DNA of 64,000 bases from Chloropicon primus (lineage: Eukaryota), in NCBI GenBank assembly GCA_023205875.1, contig CP060771.1, forward strand, positions 372,001 to 436,000. The letters run 5' to 3'. Numbering within the stretch: position 1 is the first letter of the stretch; every line of letters starts with the position of its first letter. A model generated the notes under the pieces. That model was not told the origin of the DNA. It searched no databases and saw only the letters and a list, made by a program, of their open reading frames with translations. The position numbers were made by a program, and so were the translations under genes. Below, one piece after another: positions 1 through 9,652 of the stretch.

Positions 1-30
1 GGCCACAGCAGCTGCCGCTCTTCCACTTAC

Positions 31-271
31 CCTCGTAGACGCAGCCTTTCAGTGTGGTTCCCGTCCAGTACTTGTCGAAAACAAAAGTCTTCTGCTTGGC
101 CTTGTCCTGGTAAGGGTTAGGCCTCCTCCGCTTCACTCGGACGGGAGGAAAGGTGTTGAGCGCCAGCGCCAGGTAGTGGCTCGGCGACACCACCACCCCG
201 TGCTCCCAGGAGCAACACTTGCCGCAATTGCAGTACGCCGTCACCTCCATCATGTGATCCGCCGCAGTCAT
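31..271 (-). CDS. First coding exon of a 3D-domain-like (cell-wall hydrolase/MltA-type) protein; gene continues off the left edge
   Basis: Manual translation from ATG 271 gives MTAADHMMEVTAYCNCGKCCSWEHG...DKYWTGTTLKGCVYEG, followed by a GTAAG donor at 30. MEVTAYCxCxKCC resembles the start of bacterial 3D domains. Not in the ORF track. Confidence 0.55.
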
Positions 272-1179
272 GGTGGCGAGGCCTCGACCAAAGCAAGACA
301 AGAGCCTCTTCCTTGGCAGTCACAGCCACACGCAGGCAACAACGAGTAGAGAAAAGCAAACGTTTTAGCACCTCCAAGGCTCCCATTGTCGTCGATGGCT
401 TCAAGCAAGGCGTCTCCAGAACCTTTACGAGATGATAATTCCGTCACCATTCCCCTCGCTCCCCTCGCTCCCCCTCCTCTGTCGCTAACTCCTCCATGAA
501 GACTCACCTCAAAGGCCTTCTGCTGCCTCCTTCCTCGCTCTAACTCAAACCCTCGGCCACTCCGGTCGTCAAAACCGGCAAGTGAGGGCTCTTTGGAAAG
601 ATCGCGAGACACTCTTTTGCCTCGTACCCTTCACTCGAGCACTTCCTGACGATACCTCCCTCTGCTTCACCCGTTCGTCGCCATGACTCGGTCCTCTCGG
701 TCCAAAATACAACTCTTTCAACACCTTATCCAAATGATCCAAATCGGCCACTCAGTGGCTCCGTTGGAAACAGGTGAGTTCATCGATGGTTCACGCGCGA
801 GGGAGGAAAATTCAGCGACGATGCGGTGCACAGAGCGACGCGTCTCGTCTTGATCTTTCGAACGAGCCTTCTCTTGCGAAGAATGGCGTCCTGTGGAAGT
901 TTTGACACTGACCAGAAGATTGGGTTTGATGCCGTCTGCCTTTGGTTTGTTCCTGGCCACATCAATAGGTACGTCGCCGCCGAGGCGAGGGGCGGAGAGA
1001 GTAGAGAGTACCGCAGTCATCGTCGTTATGTCTTGCTCTTTTGAATGACCGGTCGGTTGAAGGGAACGGCCGAGGTTTGAGGATTTTGTCCCACTGAAAC
1101 CGAAATGCTTTCGTCTGATTCTTGTTCCGAGGAAGGAGGCCAAGGGCACCGAGGGCACCGAGCGAGGGAGTGAGGAACG

Positions 1180-2376
1180 ATGGTTGCGGGTCAAGGGAAG
1201 AGGATGTCACTGGGATCGTCCCAGGCGTCGTCCTCTTCGGCATCGTGCAGCGTCCTCGTCGGCAGAAGGACACTGCGTGGGCGCCCGTCGACGGAGGGGA
1301 GGAGAGCGCGGGCCCAGCAGGTGGCGTCCCAGAGGCCGAGGAGGCGAGTGCCAGCGCTGAGGGCCGCTCAGGATGAGGAGGGCGACCTCGCCGAGGAGGC
1401 GGAGGGCGGGAACATCAAGCAACTCCTGGGAATGAAAGGAGCGTCCGTGGAGAAGGAGGACAAGTGGAAGGTCAGGCTGCAACTGATGAAGCCCGTGACG
1501 TGGGTTCCGCTTGTTTGGGGCGTGGCCTGCGGCGCGGCTGCCAGCGGCATGTACACTTGGACGTTCGAGAACGTCGCCAAGGCTCTTCTCTGTATGACCA
1601 TGTCCGGGCCCCTCCTCACGGGGTACACGCAAGTCATCAACGACTACTATGACAGGGAGATCGACGCCATCAACGAGCCTTACAGGCCCATTCCGTCGGG
1701 ATTGATCTCGGAGACGGAGGCGGTCGTGCAATTCGTGCTTCTCCTCGCGGGAGGTCTCGGGGTGGCCTACACTTTGGACGTCTGGGCCGGTCACGAGACG
1801 CCAGTCATCTTCTACGAGGCGATTTTCGGGTCCTTCATCTCCTACATTTACTCGGCCCCTCCCCTCAAGCTCAAGCAGTCGGGCTGGTACGGATCTTACG
1901 CCCTTGGCGCCTCCTACATCGCTCTGCCCTGGTGGGCGGGACAGCTCCTCTTCGGGAACAACTTGACCTGGGACGTGGCCCTGCTGACCATTCTCTACTC
2001 GCTGGCCGGCCTCGGAATCGCCATCGTCAACGACTTCAAGTCGATCGAGGGAGACAGGGAGCTGGGACTCAAGTCCCTCCCAGTGGAATTCGGCATCGAC
2101 ACCGCGAAGTGGATCACGGTGGGAACGATCGACTTGACCCAGCTGGCCGTCGCGGCGTACGTGTACCAGGGCTTGGGCGAGAGGTGGTACAGCATCGCGA
2201 TCCAGCTTCTTCTCATCCCTCAGGTCTTCTTCCAATTCAAGTATTTCTTGCCAGACCCAGTGAAGAACGACGTCAAGTATCAGGGAGCGGCCCAGCCGTT
2301 CCTTGTGTTCGGAATTTTGGCCACCGGCCTCGCTGTTGGACACCACAACCAGCTCTTGGCCGCGGGGGGGTTGTAG
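1180..2376 (+). CDS. chlG: Chlorophyll synthase (UbiA prenyltransferase family) with plastid transit peptide
   Basis: RQLLGMKGA-like motif, LMKPVTWVPLVWGVACG, NDYYDREIDAINEPYRPIPSG, NDFKSIEGDR; Ser/Arg-rich N-terminus. Confidence 0.97.
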   Translation: MVAGQGKRMSLGSSQASSSSASCSVLVGRRTLRGRPSTEGRRARAQQVASQRPRRRVPALRAAQDEEGDLAEEAEGGNIKQLLGMKGASVEKEDKWKVRLQLMKPVTWVPLVWGVACGAAASGMYTWTFENVAKALLCMTMSGPLLTGYTQVINDYYDREIDAINEPYRPIPSGLISETEAVVQFVLLLAGGLGVAYTLDVWAGHETPVIFYEAIFGSFISYIYSAPPLKLKQSGWYGSYALGASYIALPWWAGQLLFGNNLTWDVALLTILYSLAGLGIAIVNDFKSIEGDRELGLKSLPVEFGIDTAKWITVGTIDLTQLAVAAYVYQGLGERWYSIAIQLLLIPQVFFQFKYFLPDPVKNDVKYQGAAQPFLVFGILATGLAVGHHNQLLAAGGL

Positions 2377-2447
2377 GCGTGTGGCACGCCGCTTCGAGTT
2401 GCCGGGGAAGCCTATGCGTTACAACAAGGAAATGAAATTCATTTTTT

Positions 2448-4592
2448 TTATACAGCCTGTTCTGTTTTTGCCCTCTTCGCCGACGATGGCTCCCCGCCTT
2501 GAGCATAGCCCGGGTACACCGCGTCGGACACTTGATCCCAGCAGTTCGCTTCCATCGCCACGCTCTTCAAGTCCTCTTGCAAGGAGGAGCAAAGCTCCCC
2601 TTCCTCCTCGTTCCAAAGCCTCAGGCTCTTCATCACGAGGACGGACGCCTTTTTCAGAATCTTTGGGTGCATTGCACTTCTTCTCAGCTTGCCGAGGAAC
2701 GACGCCCTACTAGCCTCCAAGTCTTTCTCGCAATTCCTGATTCTGGACTCTGCCTCCGGCAGAGGCGTCTGGTAGTGGTGCATCTTGTCCTGCAGCCTTG
2801 ACCGAGAACGCATCAAAGACTCCAAGCTCTCGAGAAGCTTCCCCGAACCGATCTTCTCGAGCTTGCTTGCTTTCATCATCGACAGGGCGATGCACAAGGA
2901 CAAGTACTTGATGCCCGCTGCGCCCCTGCGCCTCCTCCCCTTGCCAAAGTAGTGCACGAGCGGTAAGTTCAGGGCGACCATGAGCTTGACCTTGGCCTTA
3001 TCTGCCTCCCCGACAATACCTCCCAGATCTACCTCGAGGTCACCAGACTCCCCCTCGTGCCCTTCGTCTGCCGGCACCACAGTGCCCCCGCCGTTCCTGA
3101 AACCGGACGCCGTTTCCGCAATCTTGGCCTTGGCCTCCCTGAGGATTCTCTTCAGACCAAGCCTGTAGTGAATCGCCATGAGATGCCGAAACCTGTTCTC
3201 AGAAGCGTAGGAAGTGTAGGAGTACAGCTTGGACTCGTCCTCCTCAATGGTAGAGACTCGGCAAAGCTGCTCCAGGGCACGATTGATCTGGCTCTGGAGC
3301 ATCTCCAGGGCCGTGAGCACGTACTTGTTGTCCACCTCCGTTCTGAGCCACTTTTGGAGAGACTCAACCTCGGCTTTCCCCGCGGCCCTTCCAGCCGCAT
3401 CGCGATGGAAGTGGTACACTTCAGGTTGGGGGAGGATGCAAATAGTCGCGGCCGCCAAAAGTTCCAGAGGAAAGGGATTCTTCATCGTCAGCGCATGAGA
3501 CTTCTTGCATTCCATCCGGTGCAGGAGGTCCAGCCTCAAGTTCCACGCCGTGGGGTCGTCGTGCATCTCGCTGCCGCCTATCCCAAGCTCGATGACGTAA
3601 AAATCGTGCGGATTGTTTGCCAAAGTGAAGCCATAACCACGAAGGAGCTCTTCGTTCCCCTTGGCCCCGTAATTCGTGAACAGCTGCATGCCCTTCTTCA
3701 CCGGCTTGTCGAGTTTGAACACGAACTTGCGGTCCCCCCCCTCGCCCCCGACGATCCTCCAGGACACTTTGGCATCGTTCGAGTGATCCAGGAGGTCCAC
3801 CACCGGAACCAAGGTCGGTAAAGGCTCGCCGTCCTCCTCGAACTTGATCCCGAAAGCTCTGCTCATCACCATCTGGTGGCACCACCGAACCGCTTCTCGA
3901 GTGCACCGCTGCCGACCGCCATCACAGAGACTTGGCTTCACAAGAAAGGCGACTTGGACGAGGTCCGCACTCGGCTCTCCCAGGATATCCATGTTCGTCT
4001 CAAAGCCTTGGGTGCTCTTCCAGATCGGTGTATCCTTGAGCTCCACAAGCGATTCGGCGTCCCAGGAGCTCAAGCATGGGTCTTCTTTCGGCAAGGCCGC
4101 AATGTACGGCCCCCAGTGGCTCCCACTGTCGCAGAATTCAAGCAGCAGTCGGAGGCTCAACCTGTCTCGCTCCGAAAGTCCCTCATACTTGGCACGTACC
4201 TCCTCGTGCTTCTCCTTCAGGTCTTGGACCCGAGTCCGCCACTTCCCTTGGCTCTCCGCACGAAGGAACACGGTGGACGGCACATGAAACACTTCCTCAC
4301 CCTCCTTGACGTCCCCAACGCAAGTGAAGACGGAGATGACGTCCGAGGAGGACTCAGCCTCAGCCTCAGCCTCCATCCTCATCCCCATCGTCGTCGTCGT
4401 CGCCTCGTGATTTGTTTTGTTCTCAAGGACAACGGATTCGGAGACGATTTGAGCGCTTTGGCCTTCCAATGCCCAAGCCACGAGGTTCTTCACGCTCTCC
4501 GATCCGCCAACCCTATCGCTCAGCTTGAAACCAATCGCAGCAGCAGCACCATCAACATCATCGCCCATGATTGCGTTCTCAGTCCCTCCCAT
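2448..4592 (-). CDS. SET-domain protein, Rubisco LSMT/SETD3/SETD6-like lysine methyltransferase
   Basis: SHWGPYIAALP, MVMSRAF, LVPVVDLLDH, QLFTNYGAKGNEELLRGYGF. Start uncertain (ATG 4592 assumed); probable upstream intron 4689-4885. Confidence 0.85.
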   Translation of the reverse strand: MGGTENAIMGDDVDGAAAAIGFKLSDRVGGSESVKNLVAWALEGQSAQIVSESVVLENKTNHEATTTTMGMRMEAEAEAESSSDVISVFTCVGDVKEGEEVFHVPSTVFLRAESQGKWRTRVQDLKEKHEEVRAKYEGLSERDRLSLRLLLEFCDSGSHWGPYIAALPKEDPCLSSWDAESLVELKDTPIWKSTQGFETNMDILGEPSADLVQVAFLVKPSLCDGGRQRCTREAVRWCHQMVMSRAFGIKFEEDGEPLPTLVPVVDLLDHSNDAKVSWRIVGGEGGDRKFVFKLDKPVKKGMQLFTNYGAKGNEELLRGYGFTLANNPHDFYVIELGIGGSEMHDDPTAWNLRLDLLHRMECKKSHALTMKNPFPLELLAAATICILPQPEVYHFHRDAAGRAAGKAEVESLQKWLRTEVDNKYVLTALEMLQSQINRALEQLCRVSTIEEDESKLYSYTSYASENRFRHLMAIHYRLGLKRILREAKAKIAETASGFRNGGGTVVPADEGHEGESGDLEVDLGGIVGEADKAKVKLMVALNLPLVHYFGKGRRRRGAAGIKYLSLCIALSMMKASKLEKIGSGKLLESLESLMRSRSRLQDKMHHYQTPLPEAESRIRNCEKDLEASRASFLGKLRRSAMHPKILKKASVLVMKSLRLWNEEEGELCSSLQEDLKSVAMEANCWDQVSDAVYPGYAQGGEPSSAKRAKTEQAV

Positions 4593-5462
4593 CCTCAACC
4601 CTGCGTCAAACGAAAGCTGAAGAGGAGATGATGCATCCGACGCTGACGAAGCGGAGTCCTTTCTCTGTCGATCCTCGTGAAGACCTGCCTGCATGAGAAG
4701 AAAACAAACCCACAATCCATGGTAAGGGGTTGAGACTCTCTCCATCCTCCATCCTCCATCCTCCATCCTCCATCCTCGTCCTGGGGTTCGTGCGTTGCTT
4801 GCGAGGGAAGCGGCGAGGGTAATCGTAACGGTTACAGTTTTCGTAACGCTCGTCGTCCGTCGAAGTGAAGACAACACAAACTTACCTTTGGCTTTGCTCG
4901 TGTCCTGGCTGCTGGGATGGGATGGCTGCAGAGTATGGAATGGAGCAAAGACACGAGAATGGTTTGTGAATGGAACAAGGACAAGGACGAGGAAAGGGAA
5001 GGGAAGGAAGATCGGTGTGCTGTGGATTGGATCCGCTCTCTTGATCGTTCGTGATCCGCTTGATCAAGGCTCGCGTGATCGGCTTGATCGGCTTGGCCAG
5101 GGGGAAGAGAGAGAGAGGGAGAGAGGGAAGCGGAGGAGGGACGAGGGAGGAGAAGCGGAGGAGGGAAAGGAGGCATTCATTGCCTTAATCAGCACCGAGG
5201 AGGACCGAGGACGAGGATCAAACTTCGCATTGCCTTATGGAAACCCAAGAGGCGGAGGAGGATCAAAGTCCCCTCAAAAGCCAAAGCCAAAGACCAACGA
5301 GAAGAAAGAAAGAAAGGAAGAAAGAAAGAGAGTGAGGTGCAAAGCCGAAGGGAAGGGAAGGGAAGGGGTTGCTCCTCCTCCCTCCTCCCCTCCTCTTCGC
5401 GCGCTTTCCTCCTCTCCTCCTCGCCGCCATCTTGGGGACGCAAAATTCAAATTCCATAGTAA

Positions 5463-6068
<606 letters not shown>

Positions 6069-6204
6069 GCTTGCGCAAGCCACCGCGGAACCGTGGTCCC
6101 CGAGGGGACTCGCGGCGAAGCAAAAAAAAAAGAAAACTTGTTCCCAACAACAAACAAAAGAAAGAAAGGGAAACAACAAACCGTACTCAATCAAACCAAA
6201 ACAA

Positions 6205-6220
6205 GGTGTTTTTTAACACC
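6205..6220 (+). other. Histone mRNA 3' stem-loop
   Basis: GGTGTT-TTTT-AACACC (6-bp stem, 4-nt loop) with an A/C-rich 5' flank, about 137 nt after the H3 stop. Confidence 0.8.
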
Positions 6221-6511
6221 TCTACCCACTAGAAATGAGCTCTGCTTCTTCCGCGTTCTCCCTCCCCCTGGCCGCCGTCCTCAAGCCCTCGGGCCTCCAG
6301 CGCGCGTGAGAGAGAGAGAGAAGGTCGCCCGACCCCAAGTCCTCGGGCCTCCAGTCCTTGGCACGCATGCATGACCACCACCCTTGCCCCTTCCACACGA
6401 CGAGCGACGAAGAAGATGAGAAACCCTTATTGAATATAGATTATATACAAGTGGATGAAAGATGGAAGTTGATGTTGTTGTTGTTGTTGATGATGAAAGA
6501 ACACAAAGTCA

Positions 6512-7122
6512 TCAGAAGATCGTCTCCTGCTTCTTCTTTCCCAACAGAATATCTTTTGCCTCGTTCACCTTTGCTGCTACCAAGTCAGACCCGCCGCTGT
6601 CCGGGTGGTTGGCGATCATAAGCTGTGGAGTCCAAAACACAACAAAATGCCCGTCAGTCTATTCCATTTCGTTTCCATTTCGACGAAGAAAGAAGAAGAG
6701 AGAATGATCTTACCTTCTTGTGCTTCTCCTTGATCCTGTCATGAGGGCTGGACTCCCTTATCCCGAGAATGAGAGCAGCTTCACGCCTCGTCATGGCAGG
6801 CTGGAAGCCTCCCTCGTAGTGCTTCCTGATCCTCGGCGTAGCCATGTACCTCGACCCGCTCAGGATCACCTGACGAGCGGTCAACGCCGCAGCAGCCGTC
6901 GCGAAACCAACCAGAAGTGGAGTCGTCTTCACCCATCACCAAAGCAAGCAAGCCACAAGAAGATGATGATGATGATTGATTGAAGGAAAAAAAAACTTTT
7001 GTCAGGCAACTCGAAACGAAACGAAGGAAAAGAAAGAGAGAGAGAGAGGTGCATGCGTGTGTGCGTTACGTCGCGGATGCCTCCGACCGCCTTGGCCCTC
7101 TCGCACGACCTCTGCTCACCAT
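6512..7122 (-). CDS. PAM18: Mitochondrial import motor J-protein PAM18/TIM14; coding exons 7122-7120 (ATG only), 6926-6714, 6622-6512
   Basis: [19 protein letters not shown]...[30 protein letters not shown] introns restore the frame. Confidence 0.92.
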
Positions 7123-7596
7123 TGCCTCGTCCTTTGGTCTCTCGCCTTCGCTTCCGAGGTTTTTTATTTTTTTGTGGCTCAAGAGCTGCAGAGTTTTTGC
7201 CATTGATGCTGCTGCTGCTGCAGCAATGGAGGGAAGGGAAGGGAAGGGAAGGAAGGGAGGGGAAGAAGGTGGATCGCGGATCACCGTCCTCATTGTGCCC
7301 TCCTGCTCCTCTCCTCTCCTCCTCTTTCTTTCAAGCCCTTCCTCGAAAACGATAGGAGCAAGGCAAGGCAGCAGGATTCTGGATAGGACACTGGTGTCCA
7401 CCGCAACAAGGGACGTGAGGGAGGGGTGAAGGGACGTGAGAGAAAGGAAGTGGGTTGGCCTAGAAGTGTGGAAGCACCGCGTACCCTCCCATCCCATCCT
7501 CCAGTCTCTCTCCTTGGGTATGTTATGGATATATATAACTTATATGAAATCATCCCGAAACGAAGCGAGGGACTCACCGCACCTCACCTTCGCCAC

Positions 7597-9141
7597 TCAC
7601 TTGCCATAAACACAAAACTTTCCCTGGATCCCGGTTGCCATCCAAAGCCTGTAAAAGTAGTTCTCCGACTGCACCGGATGCGCTCGGGAGACCACTTTCC
7701 TCTTGTCAAAGTACTTGCCTCCACCGACGGAGAACCCATAGATGTCAAGCCTATCGCACACCCCCAACCTGAGCAACTGGATCATCGCTCTGACCCTGGT
7801 GATGCCCCCCGTCGTGTGAGGCAGCTTGAAGACCCCGAAGCTCTCCATCCCCTTGGACATGTTCTTCTCCTCCAGGTAGGACCAGAACATCTGCTCGATG
7901 TCAAACCGCCACTCGTGCTGCCCAAGCTGACCGTATATCAGAGCAGGCTTCCCACCCGGAAGGTCCTTCGGGTCCAACTCCTTGGGAACGTACTTTGGGA
8001 AGAAGTTGAACATGGAAGGCTTCAAGTCGTTCTTGTAGTTCACCTTGAAGAATATCCCGTCGGCCCTTGTCCCAACGGAGGCTTTGTAGGGCTTGGTGAC
8101 CACGTTGAACCTGGCCACGAAGTCATGCTCATCGATCTCTTTGCCGTACTTTCCCTTCAAAAGATTGTCCGCATTACCAACGAGAGCGCAGCTGCCGAGC
8201 TTGAGCTTACCAAAGTCGGGAAGGCGGCTTATCTTCTCCTCCTTGGTCATGGTGGACCGCTTGAAGTACAACTTATCGTAACCGGCGTAGTGCTTCTTAG
8301 CCCTGGGATTCTTCCCCTCCCTCATGCAATCTTGGTGGGCGATGAGGCAAGGATAGTCAGCGCCAGCGAGGCGGAGGATCTTCTTGGCCAACCCCAATGG
8401 AAGGCTGGCCAACTTCTTGTCCTCCTTATCCGGCTCACGAGGCTGGACCTTGGTCCCTCTCTTCGGGGACCTGTAGCAATACTCAGGAGGCTTCAGGGAA
8501 CCGTCGTACTCGTCCACGATCTTCTGAACCTCTGGCGGAAGGGTGAAGTCCCGAGGCACCATCGATTGCAGATGAGCCTTCCACTGCCTGTCGGCTCTCG
8601 CTTGCATCTGCTTCTGCTTCTCATCGTAGTGCTTTGCCTTTTCAGAGCCCCTGGACCGTCTGTTCTCGAGCTGCTTCTTCTGCTCGTCGCTTAGCTTGAT
8701 CGAGATGTCAACCTTCTTGGCTTCCTTCTTGGCCACCTCCCTCTTCCTCCTCCGCTTCTCCTCCCTCCTCTTCTTCTTCTCCTTGGCCCTGGCCTCCCCT
8801 GGCACCTCCACCTTCACCTCCTGCTCCAAGGCCTCCAATGCTGCCTCAGCGTTGACCAGCTTCTCCTCCACTCGATGCTGCATCAATCTGCCCACGTCCA
8901 CGGCCTCCTTCTCGGCCGTTACATCCACTCGGAAGCTCACCCAGTCGCTCATCACAGTGAACAGGAGCAAGGAGACCAAGATCAATACTGTGCCTGCGAT
9001 GGAAACCAGCTTGACCTTTGAGGACTTGGAGGCTTGTTCTTGCTGACTCCGTTTGAGAGCTTGCTCCTGAGAGAGCAAGGGACCTTCCTCTGAGGTTTCA
9101 TGCCGACCTTTCCCTCCGCTTGGACTCGTTTCGCCTTCCAT
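7597..9141 (-). CDS. Glycosyltransferase family 29 (sialyltransferase-like) type II membrane protein
   Basis: N-terminal TM helix, coiled-coil stem, sialylmotif L (CALVGNADNLLKGKYGKEIDEHDFVARFN), motif S (PHTTGG...CDRLDIYGF), VS-like motif (HPVQSE). Confidence 0.88.
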   Translation of the reverse strand: MEGETSPSGGKGRHETSEEGPLLSQEQALKRSQQEQASKSSKVKLVSIAGTVLILVSLLLFTVMSDWVSFRVDVTAEKEAVDVGRLMQHRVEEKLVNAEAALEALEQEVKVEVPGEARAKEKKKRREEKRRRKREVAKKEAKKVDISIKLSDEQKKQLENRRSRGSEKAKHYDEKQKQMQARADRQWKAHLQSMVPRDFTLPPEVQKIVDEYDGSLKPPEYCYRSPKRGTKVQPREPDKEDKKLASLPLGLAKKILRLAGADYPCLIAHQDCMREGKNPRAKKHYAGYDKLYFKRSTMTKEEKISRLPDFGKLKLGSCALVGNADNLLKGKYGKEIDEHDFVARFNVVTKPYKASVGTRADGIFFKVNYKNDLKPSMFNFFPKYVPKELDPKDLPGGKPALIYGQLGQHEWRFDIEQMFWSYLEEKNMSKGMESFGVFKLPHTTGGITRVRAMIQLLRLGVCDRLDIYGFSVGGGKYFDKRKVVSRAHPVQSENYFYRLWMATGIQGKFCVYGK

Positions 9142-9652
9142 CGCGTTGCCTTGGTCTCCTCCTCCCTGGTGGTCCCCTCTCCTGGAGCCTTACAGAAGAG
9201 AGGCAGAGAGAGGAGAGAGAGGAAAGATGGTGATGGTGATGGTGATGGTGATGGCGGGGAAGGAGGAGGACGGTGGGAGGTCGAAGGACAATGAATTCAT
9301 GCTCCTCTCCCTCTTTCCAAAGAACTCTCGCTTGATGGGGTAACCGGGAAAGAAGGTCATGGATCAGCACTGATCAGGCCAAGGGGAGAGGAGAGAGGGT
9401 GATGGTGATGGTGATGGTGATGGAGGAGGAAGGATGTTTACCATTGTCCCCCTCTCTCGCTCGCTCTCTGTGATGTGATTCTCTGCATGCCAGCCATTGT
9501 GCCACTGATTGACAGAGAGACAGAGACAGAGACAGAGACAGAGGCAGAGGAAGGAGTGAGGGAAAAAATCATATACATACACACACATACATATATATAT
9601 ATAAGGCTTGCTGCTTGTTGTTGGTGACGGAGGAAGGCATCCATCCCTGGCA

